Shown here piece after piece: positions 9,263-18,415 of a stretch of DNA of 64,000 nucleotides. The stretch lies in contig CAZTUB010000004.1 in assembly GCA_964615905.1 (NCBI GenBank), forward strand, positions 287,527 to 351,526, read 5' to 3'. This DNA comes from an uncultured Clostridia bacterium (GTDB lineage Bacteria; Acidobacteriota; Blastocatellia; UBA7656). Under the pieces are notes generated by a model, which did no database searches, was not told where the DNA came from, and saw only the letters and a list, made by a program, of their open reading frames with translations. Made by a program: the position numbers and the translations under genes. How positions within the stretch are numbered: position 1 is the stretch's first letter; each line of letters starts with the position of its first letter.

Positions 9263-10921
9263 TCACTTCTTAAATAACCGTTTTGCGAATGACCCCAGAT
9301 CAGACTTCCATAGGCTTCCGGCATCTTCCTTACCCTTCCTGTTCTTGGCCGTAGACCCAAGCTCGCGTTGAGCTGTTCGGTTGTCGGGGTCGAGTTGCAG
9401 CGCTTCGCGGAAGTAGTTTTCGGCCTTTTTGGCCAGCCCGACCTCTTTGTACAGGATTCCCAGCTTTGCCCTTATCTGCGCGTTGTAAGGGTCGAGCTCC
9501 GCAGATTTCGCCAGGTGCTGCTCGGCCTCGCGGCGCGTGCGCGGGTTGCGTATCAGTGCAAGTCCGAGGTGGAAATGGTACGGCGGCTTCGACGGGTCGA
9601 TCTTCACGGCCTCGCGCAGCAGGTGTACCGCCAGGTGGTATTCCTTTCTTTCAAATCGCGCGCGGCCTTGCTGGTAATAATGTTCGGCTGTGCGCGCAGG
9701 CTGTGACGGCTCCTGTTGCAAGGGCTCGCTTGCGGGCGGGGTGAGCGGCGTGGTCGGGAGTTGCCGCGAATTCCTTGAAGCGAGATCGCCGGACGGTTTT
9801 ATGTCGTCGACCGGCGGTATCGAAAGCGGTTGAGTCTTTGGCAGGCTCCCCGTCACCGGCCGCGATACTGTCGCGGGCTGCGCTCCGAGCGGTTGCGAAT
9901 CGCCCGGCTTCTTGAGCTTCGAGTCGTAAAGCGCGCGCTGTGTGTTGTCGCTCAGCGTTTCGTAGGCCAGCGTGATCTTCGCGAACAACGCTTCGAGCTT
10001 TCCTCTAAGCTCCTCATACTCGGGCTTGCGATAGCGGTCCGGGTGATACTTCTTCGCCAGCAGGTAGTAAGCCTGCTTTATATCTGCGGCGGTCGCGGAC
10101 CGCGTTGCGCCGAGGACTTCGTAGAGGTCTGCCGCCTGAAAGAAGTGGAGCTTTCGGGCAATGTCTTCGCGAAGATTCTGTATGGCTTCGTCTGGCTCCT
10201 GGTCGGCCTCGACGGGCTTGCCGCCCGGTTCGACGACTTTCAAAAAGCCCGCTGCGATAAGCGCGCAGACCGCTCGATGGGCCTGCTGGTCGTCGATGCC
10301 GCTCATCGGCCCGACTTCGTTTATCGTCGTCGGCGCTTCTATGCGCGAGAGCACATAGCTTTCGACGGGCATGAGCTTTCCCGAATCGAGTTGTATCCCG
10401 TTCGCCCTCGTGCGCGCGACCTGGCGGTCGGACGGGGCGATCTGGTGCGCGAGAAGGTCGAGGTTTGCGGCGCGGCGCGTGCCTTCGAGAATTATGTCGG
10501 CGGCCGTCAGGTCTAAAGTCACATCGTGCGATGCGCGTATCCGGTCATCAAAGACGTACTCGCCCTGATTCCATTCAAACAGCGACAGGATGATGTCGAG
10601 GACCTGCTCGCGAACGAGCCTGCGCATGTCTGAGTCTGACAGCACGCCCGTCTGCACGAGAGCCGTGCCGAGGCGGTTGGCCTTTCCCGCTTGCTGCTTC
10701 GCCTTTTCTATACGGTCGAAGTCGGCAAGCCCCTCTTTCACCAGCCTCGCTTCGAGCTGCTCGGCGGTAACGTTGCTGATGGCGTAAATGGGCGCGCCTG
10801 CGTCGAAAAAGACCGCCTTGATTACCTTGCCGCGCGACAGGCGCAGCAATCCGCTGAGCTTCTTTTCGGCGGCCTCACGGATGAGGTCCGCTATTAACCT
10901 TTCGCCGACTTGTCCTTGCAC
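9263..10921 (-). CDS. DUF4388 (PATAN-like) - J-domain - TPR repeat protein
   Basis: The N-terminus shows a DUF4388-like pattern (LSGLLRLSRGKVIKAVFFDAGAPIYAISN; FEWNQGEYVFDD). A central J domain is present (DLYEVLGATRSATAADIKQAYYLLAKKYHPD). The C-terminus contains TPR repeats. Confidence 0.7.
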   Translation of the reverse strand: MQGQVGERLIADLIREAAEKKLSGLLRLSRGKVIKAVFFDAGAPIYAISNVTAEQLEARLVKEGLADFDRIEKAKQQAGKANRLGTALVQTGVLSDSDMRRLVREQVLDIILSLFEWNQGEYVFDDRIRASHDVTLDLTAADIILEGTRRAANLDLLAHQIAPSDRQVARTRANGIQLDSGKLMPVESYVLSRIEAPTTINEVGPMSGIDDQQAHRAVCALIAAGFLKVVEPGGKPVEADQEPDEAIQNLREDIARKLHFFQAADLYEVLGATRSATAADIKQAYYLLAKKYHPDRYRKPEYEELRGKLEALFAKITLAYETLSDNTQRALYDSKLKKPGDSQPLGAQPATVSRPVTGSLPKTQPLSIPPVDDIKPSGDLASRNSRQLPTTPLTPPASEPLQQEPSQPARTAEHYYQQGRARFERKEYHLAVHLLREAVKIDPSKPPYHFHLGLALIRNPRTRREAEQHLAKSAELDPYNAQIRAKLGILYKEVGLAKKAENYFREALQLDPDNRTAQRELGSTAKNRKGKEDAGSLWKSDLGSFAKRLFKK

Positions 10922-11134
10922 TTGAGCTTCCAGAGGTGGCGGTGTGGACCACTCTCAAGCAGTAGTCTTACTTCTGCGAGGGCATTGCAATCGACATTGT
11001 AGATAGAAAGCCGTAAGCGCGCAAGAGTTACTATTAGCGCGGCGGGCGCGGAGCTTGAAACCTCGGTGATCGAATATTGACGCGCCCAAATTGAGCGGCT
11101 ACCATAATGACTTCGCCTGTTCAAAGGAAATTTT

Positions 11135-14100
11135 ATGGAAGAGCCTCGGCCTGCGTCTACGAACGCGCGAGAAATGTCAGACGAAGAAAAGACCGCCTCG
11201 AACCAGCAGGTATTTCAGGCGCTGGCCCGGATAGCTCAAGGCGACCTCAACTTTCGCATCAACGGCAGCGAAGACAACGCCACTCCCGAAGGGCGCGAGC
11301 TGCTGTTGAACCTCGACGGCCTCGCGCGCCGCCTTCGCTATATCGTGGGGCGGCTCCAGCGGGCGGCCGATTCGATAGACGCGGTCGTCGGAGAAGTGCT
11401 TCGCGGGACGCAGGCGCTGTCGGCAGGCGTGTTGGACGAAGCAAAGTCTGTCGAGGAGACTTCAAGCTCGATTGCCGAGATCAACGCTTCTATGCACTCG
11501 GTCGGCGGCAGCCTCCAAACCCTTTCCCACCTGACGCAATCGACCTCCACTTCGATCATGGAGATGGCCACCTCGATCAATCAGGTTTCGGAGAACGCGG
11601 ACGAGCTGGCACAGTTTGTCGAAGAGACGGCTTCGGCCATCGAACAGATGGCTGTGAGCGTTCGCAAGGTCGCCGAATCTACGGAAGCGCTCGCGGAATC
11701 CGCTGAAAAGACCGCTCGCGCTATGGAAGCCATAGACGATTCGACTCGCAGCATAGGCGAATCTGTCAATGAGACCACTGTGCTTGCCGAAGAGGTCGCG
11801 CGGTCCGCTGACGCGGGCAGCCAGCTTGTATCCGACACCGCCGCGAGCATGTCTAAGATCAAGGAGGCGATTGACGCGGCGACAGAGACTATCACGCGGC
11901 TCGGCCGCCGCTCGGACCAGATAGGCGAAGTCACACACGTTATCAACGAGATTGCCGACCGCACACACCTGCTCGCGCTCAACGCCGCCATACTCGCCGC
12001 GCAGGCAGGCACGCAGGGGCGCGGGTTTCGAATAGTCGCAGACGAGATCAAAGAACTGAGCGAGCGCACGGCCGCTTCGACCCGCGAGATCGAAGAGATG
12101 ATAAAAGCCGTCCGCGAAGACGTGACAGAGACAATCGAACGCGTGGCGGTCGGCGGCGAGCGCGCGGATGAAGGCGTTGACCTGGCTTCGCGCGCTTCGG
12201 TGCTGCTGACGGAGATACGCGACAAGACAATCGCTTCATCAGACCGCATACGGTTGATCGCAGACTCGACGGCCATCCAGGCGGCGGAAAGTCATACGGT
12301 GCTTGAAGCAGCGGACCTCGTGCGCCAGCAGGCGCGCGGCATCGAGCGCGCTACGAGCGAGCAGGCGCTCACGTCGCGCCACATCGGCGAGCGCGCGTTG
12401 CACATGAGCGAGCTGACAGAGCAGGTGCGCCGCGCAACGGGAGAGCAGGCGCAGGTCTCCAAGTACATCGCTCAAGCCATGGAAGAGCTGACCATGATAG
12501 TCGAGCAGATACGCTCCGCGTCCGACGAGCAGTCGGCAGGCGCGGACCAGGTGCTCAGGGCTATCGAGACCATCAAAGAGGTTGTCGGTCGAAATCAGAC
12601 CTCCATATCAGGGATCAACTCCGCGGTCGATCTGCTTGTGCGCGAGGCCGAGTTGTTGAATCGCGAGGTCGAAGCCTTCTCGATGCCCGCGTCGGAGCGC
12701 GGCGGCCATCTGAAATTTGCTCTGCGGACTTCGCAGATGGAGCTTGACCCGGCCGGCGTCAGCTCAATCTCACGAATCGAGCTGATCTCGAACATCTTTG
12801 AAGGGCTTGTGCAGTTTGGCGAGCGCGCAGACATTCGACCGGCGATAGCCGAGCGCTGGGAGATCTCTCCCGACGGGCGCGTCTACACCTTCTACCTGCG
12901 CGATGCCGCTCGGTTTCACAACGGGCGGCGCGTGCGCGCAGACGACGTGAAGTATTCCTTTGAGCGGCAGATGCGCCAGAACGAAGCGGCCGCCGGGTGG
13001 GTCTTCCGCCCGCTTGTCGGCGCAGAGCAGTTCATGACGGGCGAGACCGATAGCGTCGCCGGGATTCAGATTGCGGGAGAGCAGGTGATCAAGCTTGAGC
13101 TTATCCAGCCGGTCGCATTCTTCCTCGCGACGCTGTGCATGGATTACGCCTATATCGTGCCGCGCGAAGAGGTCGAGCGCGCGCCCGTCGATTTCGCCAT
13201 AAGGCCTGTCGGTTCGGGACCGTTTCGAGTGGTCGAGCCGGTCCTGGGGAAGGAAGTGCAGCTTGAGCGGTTTTCAAATTATTGGAACCCTGAGCTTCCT
13301 TACGTCGACAGGCTGACGGTCCAGTTCGGGCTGAGCGCGGACGAGATTTACGACCAGTTCACTCGCGGCGAGCTTACCTATGTGAACGATCTGCCGCTTA
13401 CTTACCTGCCGGAGTTGAAGCGAGAGCCAGGCGAGATACACGTGATCGAGGCCGTGCAGCTTCAGACGCGCATGCTCGTATTCGACTGCGAGCGCGCGCC
13501 GTTATCGGATAAGCGCGTGCGCCAGGCGATCTGTTACGCGATTAATCGGGAGAGGTTTGTGCGCGAAGTTTACGGCGGCATGGCCGAAAAAGCGGTCGGG
13601 CCGATCCCGCCGGGGCTGGTTGGGTACGACCCGGCTGAGCGAGGGTACGAGCACGACCCTGAGCGCGCGCGGGTGTTGCTTGAGGAATCGGGCTACGGCG
13701 GCGGGTTCGATACGGAAGTCTGGTGGGACGACTCTACAAACAACGCCGTCGAATGTTTGAAAGACGACCTGGCGGAGGTCGGCATCCGCGCCGAGTTTCG
13801 CTATGTCTCGCCAGCGGATATGCAGCGCGCGCTCAGGTTAAAGATGGTCCCGATTGCCGGGCGGGATTGGTTCGCAGACTACCCCGACCCCGATAACTTC
13901 ACGTACGTCCAGTTCAACTCTCGCAACAGGGATGTCTTCATCGGGACCTATTCGAATGAAGAGATGGACCGGTTGACGGACGAGGCGCGGTCTGTGATGA
14001 ACCGCGAGCAGCGCGCAGCGATTTATCGCGAGGTGACGAGGCTGTTGCTTGAAGACGCGCCGTGTGCTTTTCTTGCTCACCGCCGGAGCTTTGTCGCGCA

Positions 14101-14194
14101 CAGGGCGGACATAGAGGGCGTGACGCTTCACCTGCTCTCACCGTTCGTCACGCCTAAAGACCTGTGGTTTGCAAAGAGCGGTAATGAGTCGTGA
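11135..14194 (+). CDS. Soluble chemoreceptor-like protein: HAMP-like + MCP signalling domain fused to C-terminal family-5 solute-binding protein domain
   Basis: The highly conserved MCP signalling-domain core is present (THLLALNAAILAAQAGTQGRGFRIVADEIKELSERT). From about residue 530 there is a typical SBP_bac_5 start (ISNIFEGLVQFGERADIRPAIAERWEISPDGRVYTFYLRDAARFHNGRRVRADDVKYSFE). No signal peptide or TM helix is detectable. Confidence 0.75.
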   Translation: MEEPRPASTNAREMSDEEKTASNQQVFQALARIAQGDLNFRINGSEDNATPEGRELLLNLDGLARRLRYIVGRLQRAADSIDAVVGEVLRGTQALSAGVLDEAKSVEETSSSIAEINASMHSVGGSLQTLSHLTQSTSTSIMEMATSINQVSENADELAQFVEETASAIEQMAVSVRKVAESTEALAESAEKTARAMEAIDDSTRSIGESVNETTVLAEEVARSADAGSQLVSDTAASMSKIKEAIDAATETITRLGRRSDQIGEVTHVINEIADRTHLLALNAAILAAQAGTQGRGFRIVADEIKELSERTAASTREIEEMIKAVREDVTETIERVAVGGERADEGVDLASRASVLLTEIRDKTIASSDRIRLIADSTAIQAAESHTVLEAADLVRQQARGIERATSEQALTSRHIGERALHMSELTEQVRRATGEQAQVSKYIAQAMEELTMIVEQIRSASDEQSAGADQVLRAIETIKEVVGRNQTSISGINSAVDLLVREAELLNREVEAFSMPASERGGHLKFALRTSQMELDPAGVSSISRIELISNIFEGLVQFGERADIRPAIAERWEISPDGRVYTFYLRDAARFHNGRRVRADDVKYSFERQMRQNEAAAGWVFRPLVGAEQFMTGETDSVAGIQIAGEQVIKLELIQPVAFFLATLCMDYAYIVPREEVERAPVDFAIRPVGSGPFRVVEPVLGKEVQLERFSNYWNPELPYVDRLTVQFGLSADEIYDQFTRGELTYVNDLPLTYLPELKREPGEIHVIEAVQLQTRMLVFDCERAPLSDKRVRQAICYAINRERFVREVYGGMAEKAVGPIPPGLVGYDPAERGYEHDPERARVLLEESGYGGGFDTEVWWDDSTNNAVECLKDDLAEVGIRAEFRYVSPADMQRALRLKMVPIAGRDWFADYPDPDNFTYVQFNSRNRDVFIGTYSNEEMDRLTDEARSVMNREQRAAIYREVTRLLLEDAPCAFLAHRRSFVAHRADIEGVTLHLLSPFVTPKDLWFAKSGNES

Positions 14195-14304
14195 ACCGTG
14201 ACAGGCGATCTGGGAAGGGTAAACAGTGACAAGTGACAAGAAAGAGATGAGGCGAGGCAACGGTTTCTTCTTCCTTGTCACTTGTCACTGTTTACTTGTC
14301 ACTC
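14190..14304. repeat. Palindromic heptamer-based repeat element, copy A (perfect 22-bp inverted repeat 14219-14240 / 14274-14295)
   Basis: gtaaacagtgacaagtgacaag ... cttgtcacttgtcactgtttac are exact reverse complements separated by a 33-nt loop. The element lies between convergent genes, and the TGA stop of the upstream CDS sits inside a cgtgaacc unit. Confidence 0.8.
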
Positions 14305-14306
14305 TC

Positions 14307-15320
14307 TCAAAGGCTTTTCAGCTTGTTTATGCGGTCACGCATGGCGCGGACGTATATGGCCACTTCGTCGTCCTTGAAGCCGGCAGAGCGAAACGCATCC
14401 GATAGCTGCTTGTCAGAGAGGCGGCCGAGCAGGTTCCCCATCCACCGCGCGTTTTCGACCGTCACGCCTTGAAGCGCGTCCGGGTTTTTGCCTTCGTAGT
14501 GGAATTTCACCATGCCGTTTTCTACGCCGTCGATAAAGACTTGATTGGCGAACCCGTTAGGGTTGCCCTTTGACCCGGCGGGAAGGTTGCCAAAGCCGGG
14601 TATCTTTCTGAGCCCGTTCCCGGTCGAGCCGAGCGTTCCGCCGAGGTCGGATACGTAGTAGACGCGCAGGCTCTGGTCGCCGCCGCTCTCTTTATTCGGG
14701 CGGGCAATCTTGTTGTTCTCGTCTTTCAGGTCCCAGTTGTTTATCAGCGCCATCACGGTCTGGAGGCCCTGATACTCGCGCGTGCCCTTAAAGTGGTTCG
14801 CATCCCACGACCACGGGCCGAGCGTCTTTAAACCGTCGTCGTCACGCTCGAACCGGACGTCCCATATATCGAACCCGCCACGGCCTTCGATGTGTGTACG
14901 GTCGACGAAAAATACGGGGTCTACGTAATAACCGGCCGCCCAGACTATCCGAGAGGCGGCGGTTTCCGGCCTGGCTTCCGGGCCGAATTTAACGGTCCAG
15001 CTACGGCCCTTGTCGTCTTTGACCACGATCTTCTCTGACGTGCCGCCGGGGTCGCGGGCGACGAATGTGTATTTGTCCGAAGGGCCTGGAACGTCTTTGC
15101 TCTCCTGACCTCCAACAAACAGATCAAGGCTTTCCATGTCGCGCTCTGTCCACAGTACGGGCCGACCTGCGTTAGGGTCGTCAGTCTCTTTTTTATCCTT
15201 CTTCTCTTTTTTGCCGTTTTCTTGAACCGGCAGGCTCGCCTGGACAGGCCCAATAGCGACAAGCCCAAAGAGTAAGAAGAGTGTTGTAATGCCACAAATT
15301 ACTTTTGTCTTCACTGACAT
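14307..15320 (-). CDS. Secreted hypothetical protein with protein-kinase-like catalytic-loop and DFG-like motifs
   Basis: Signal peptide present. Motifs NNWDLKDENNKI (compare HRDLKPEN) and YVSDLGG (compare DFG) are present. Confidence 0.45.
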   Translation of the reverse strand: MSVKTKVICGITTLFLLFGLVAIGPVQASLPVQENGKKEKKDKKETDDPNAGRPVLWTERDMESLDLFVGGQESKDVPGPSDKYTFVARDPGGTSEKIVVKDDKGRSWTVKFGPEARPETAASRIVWAAGYYVDPVFFVDRTHIEGRGGFDIWDVRFERDDDGLKTLGPWSWDANHFKGTREYQGLQTVMALINNWDLKDENNKIARPNKESGGDQSLRVYYVSDLGGTLGSTGNGLRKIPGFGNLPAGSKGNPNGFANQVFIDGVENGMVKFHYEGKNPDALQGVTVENARWMGNLLGRLSDKQLSDAFRSAGFKDDEVAIYVRAMRDRINKLKSL

Positions 15321-15520
15321 CAGCTAAGTCCTCCTCGATGATTAACCGACAACAGACATTATAGACAGACTGACTGGGCTGGAAAAGGGGATTGAACGAA
15401 TAATCTGCGGCAATGACGGGCGAGAAACCGGCAGCGGGGAAGGGTGTTGCCACGACCCTGCTGCCGGTTAAAGCGTGAAGACCTGCTCGGACATCTGGCG
15501 AGCGGCCAGACTGTCTTTTC

Positions 15521-16444
15521 CTAAAAAGTGCGTTCGACGAAATCGCCAATGTTGACTTCGCCGTTCGTCCTTGTGACAAGCGCGACCGAAGAAGTCTTCT
15601 CAACTTTGAGAACGATAAGCTCGCCCAGCACCTTGCGCGGCAACTCAGGGCGGTTCTTGAGGACCTTCCTTTCGTGTTCGGCGGTTGCGCCTACGGACAA
15701 ATCGCCCCCGCGATAGTGGTCGCTCTGGAAGCCTTCGCTGCGCTGGACTATGACGTTGTCTTTGGGCGGATTTACAATCGATTCGCGGTTATTGATCTTG
15801 CGAAAGATAGTGAATGAATCACCCGGTTTGATCCCTTGCCTGGAGCCGAGGTCTATAAAGACGACCTGGTTGGCCGCTATGTATTCGCGGTAGCCGCGCG
15901 AAAGGAATATCTGGCCTGTAGCGCCGCCGGAACCTTCAGCGTAACGCGGCAGTGGCCCCGCCTCTTTCGCTACCGGCGCTGTGGGCGTCTCGTACGGCCT
16001 GAGCGCGTCGCCGAACGTCATCGTGTCACACGAGACGAGCACCTCAGCGGTCGCGGTCTGTCCCTGCACCTCAAGTACGCGAATCAAACCGAGCTCGCGG
16101 ACGAGCGTCCCCATCTTCTTCTTGTTGAAAGGGTGTACGACCTCGCCTAGCGGGCGAATGACCGTGTAGACTGCGCCGGAGTGTACACCGCTCTCGCGCC
16201 CCTTGTTCAGATAGACGACGTCGCCCTGAACATAATTCATCCGCGTGTACTCTCGCTCGCCGCCGACAATCTGCAAATCCATTGTGACGGGAACCTCCGA
16301 GATAAACCCCGTGCAGTAGATGTCTATGCCCCTGGCAGCCAGGTCGGGCTCGTCCTGGGGCCGAGGCTCGGCCAAAAAGACCGTAGGAACCGAAAACAGC
16401 GACACGGCCGTAACTAGCATGGCCAGACGTGCGAATCTTTTCAT
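15521..16444 (-). CDS. Secreted hypothetical protein
   Basis: Signal peptide MKRFARLAMLVTAVSLFSVPTVFLA. No recognised catalytic motif. Confidence 0.4.
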   Translation of the reverse strand: MKRFARLAMLVTAVSLFSVPTVFLAEPRPQDEPDLAARGIDIYCTGFISEVPVTMDLQIVGGEREYTRMNYVQGDVVYLNKGRESGVHSGAVYTVIRPLGEVVHPFNKKKMGTLVRELGLIRVLEVQGQTATAEVLVSCDTMTFGDALRPYETPTAPVAKEAGPLPRYAEGSGGATGQIFLSRGYREYIAANQVVFIDLGSRQGIKPGDSFTIFRKINNRESIVNPPKDNVIVQRSEGFQSDHYRGGDLSVGATAEHERKVLKNRPELPRKVLGELIVLKVEKTSSVALVTRTNGEVNIGDFVERTF

Positions 16445-16670
16445 TGCAACTCCTTCACGCTTGTTGGGGAACAGATGAGCCAATCTTAAAGGGGCAGGGC
16501 AGTCGCAGCTCTTACCGGGAAGCTAACAAAGTCCTCTGGCCAAGTCAATAATTAAATCCTACGGCCTCGGCCCTCACAGGGATTTGGCGAGGTTTCTCCG
16601 ACGCGTAACATAATCAGTCAGGTGCCCGAAATATCAAGCATCAGGAATGACAAATTTCTATACAATTTGC

Positions 16671-16698
16671 TTGACAGTGAGACAAATAAGGCGATAAT
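16671..16698 (+). promoter_or_regulatory. Candidate sigma70-type promoter (TTGACA-N16-GATAAT) upstream of zinc-ribbon gene
   Basis: TTGACA at 16671-16676 and GATAAT at 16693-16698. This is the AT-richest stretch of a 400-bp intergenic region. Confidence 0.3.
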
Positions 16699-16929
16699 GG
16701 CAAGCAACACTTGGGTGGGTTTGATCGGTCGGCTTCTGGTGAAGAATATTACCAGACGGCTTTTAAGGGTGAAGCGAGCTGTTATGTGATCGAAGGGTTG
16801 GCTTTTCAGGACAATAACCAGGGAAGCTCTTCTTCAGCTTACCGCCTTGAATAAAACATAGTGTTGCAGCCATACCGTATATAGCTGCCGTCTCCCCCCT
16901 GGATGGAACAAGGCTTTAGGAGGTCCACT

Positions 16930-17271
16930 GTGTACGAGTATACGGATAAGGTGCTCAGGTGCATGGATTGCGAGCAAGAGTTTATCTTTACAGCAGGAGA
17001 GCAGCTGTTTTTTGCTGATAAAGGTTTGAAAAACGATCCCAAGCGATGCAAGCCATGCAAGATCAAGAAGAACGAACGGATTGCCGCCAATATGCAGGCC
17101 TATGGTCAGGCATTCCCTCGTGAACGTATTGAGGTGACGATAAAGTGTGCCCTTTGCGCAATAGAGACGACGGTGCCGTTCAAGCCGACGCAGGGTCGCC
17201 CGGTCTATTGCCGAGACTGTTTCTTGAGGATGCGCGCTTCGACTTCGCACGTTCACGCAACGCTCCCCTAG
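16930..17271 (+). CDS. Zinc-ribbon protein (two CxxC...CxxC pairs; FmdB-like N-terminus)
   Basis: A GTG start lies 6 nt after AGGAGG, and an in-frame ATG at 16903 is less likely. YEYTDKVLRCMDCEQEF...CKPCK and CALCAIE...CRDC form two zinc-ribbon knuckle pairs. Confidence 0.55.
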   Translation: MYEYTDKVLRCMDCEQEFIFTAGEQLFFADKGLKNDPKRCKPCKIKKNERIAANMQAYGQAFPRERIEVTIKCALCAIETTVPFKPTQGRPVYCRDCFLRMRASTSHVHATLP

Positions 17272-17445
17272 CCAGTCGATAAGATCTTGCTCTCGACGCT
17301 CGCGGTTATTTCCGAGATCTTCTACTGACAGGTTCTTTGCGGTACCCGGCCCGGCCGGGTAGCCTGGACGGGTGTCGGTGAAAAGGGGTAAACCCGAAAT
17401 CATCGCCACTTATCAGGACTCAGAAGAATTAACCCCTTTTAACAT

Positions 17446-18291
17446 TCAACCCGGCAGCGATGAGAGAAAGTCGCGGACTTTCTTCATGTCGTCCCAGGCT
17501 TCCCGCTTCTTTTCAGGCACGCGAAGCAGGTAAGCAGGGTGGAAAGTCGGCATGACCTTGACCCCGTTCCACTCGCGCCACTCGCCGCGCGCGCGCGTGA
17601 TCGTGTCTTTTGTCCTCAGTATCGTCTGAAAGGCGGGCGATCCGAGCGCCACTATCACCTTCGGGTTGATGAAGGCGAGCTGTCGAAAGAGGAACTGCTC
17701 GCAGGTCGCCACCTCGTCTCGCTCAGGTGTGCGGTTGCCCGGAGGTCGGCATTTGACGATGTTTGCGATATATACCTCGTCTCGCCTTAGACCGATTGCA
17801 GCGATTATCTTGTCGAGCAGCTGACCGGCTTTTCCGACGAAAGGCCGCCCGGAGGCGTCTTCATCCGCCCCCGGCCCTTCTCCCACGAAGACGAGCCGCG
17901 CCTTCGGGTCGCCTTCACCGAAGACGATGTGTGTGCGGTGCTGGTGCAGCTTGCACCGTACGCATTCGCCTATGTCTTCTCGAATCGCTTCGAGCGAAGC
18001 GTCCTGCGGCTCCAGGACCGGAAGCCGCTGAGGCGACGGGTGGCTTTCTATCTCGCCGAAAAGTCCTGCCTGTTCGGGCGGCGCGGGCGCTTTTTTCCTG
18101 GGCATAGCGTCTTCTTCTTGCGGCTGCGATTGTGGCTCCTGATCTCGGAGGGCCTCGGCTCTCGTCTCCCCCTGTTCGCCAGGTCTTGCGGCCGCTCCGA
18201 TGTCCTGGATTCCAAGCTCACGATAGAACTTCAACTGTTCTTCAAGCTGGCGTGTGATCGCCCGCATCTCGTCGATAAGCTCTCTTGTCAT
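17446..18291 (-). CDS. Uracil-DNA glycosylase, family 4, with N-terminal acidic/low-complexity extension
   Basis: VFVGEGPGADEDASGRPFVGKAGQLLDKIIAAIGL is the family-4 UDG signature and a cysteine ligand is present (CVRCKLHQ). Confidence 0.85.
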   Translation of the reverse strand: MTRELIDEMRAITRQLEEQLKFYRELGIQDIGAAARPGEQGETRAEALRDQEPQSQPQEEDAMPRKKAPAPPEQAGLFGEIESHPSPQRLPVLEPQDASLEAIREDIGECVRCKLHQHRTHIVFGEGDPKARLVFVGEGPGADEDASGRPFVGKAGQLLDKIIAAIGLRRDEVYIANIVKCRPPGNRTPERDEVATCEQFLFRQLAFINPKVIVALGSPAFQTILRTKDTITRARGEWREWNGVKVMPTFHPAYLLRVPEKKREAWDDMKKVRDFLSSLPG

Positions 18292-18415
18292 CCAACTAGA
18301 TTCTCCATCAGAGTCAACACGGGGTCAAGCAGCCTGACAATCGGTTTTGCCTGGGCGAGGGCGTGAAAGTACAATCCAGTGTGTGAGACACGATTCAACC
18401 TGGCAGGGGTTTTAG

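Noticed and set aside
11107-11706. Alternative 199-aa ORF overlapping the start of the MCP-SBP gene
   Set aside because: It is in a different frame and Arg-rich with no domain. The MCP frame continues uninterrupted for 1019 aa and carries strong conserved motifs.
16834-17409. 191-aa minus-strand ORF overlapping the zinc-ribbon gene
   Set aside because: The plus-strand zinc-ribbon ORF has a clear AGGAGG-GTG start and a paired CxxC architecture. The minus ORF has no features and spans the intergenic promoter region.
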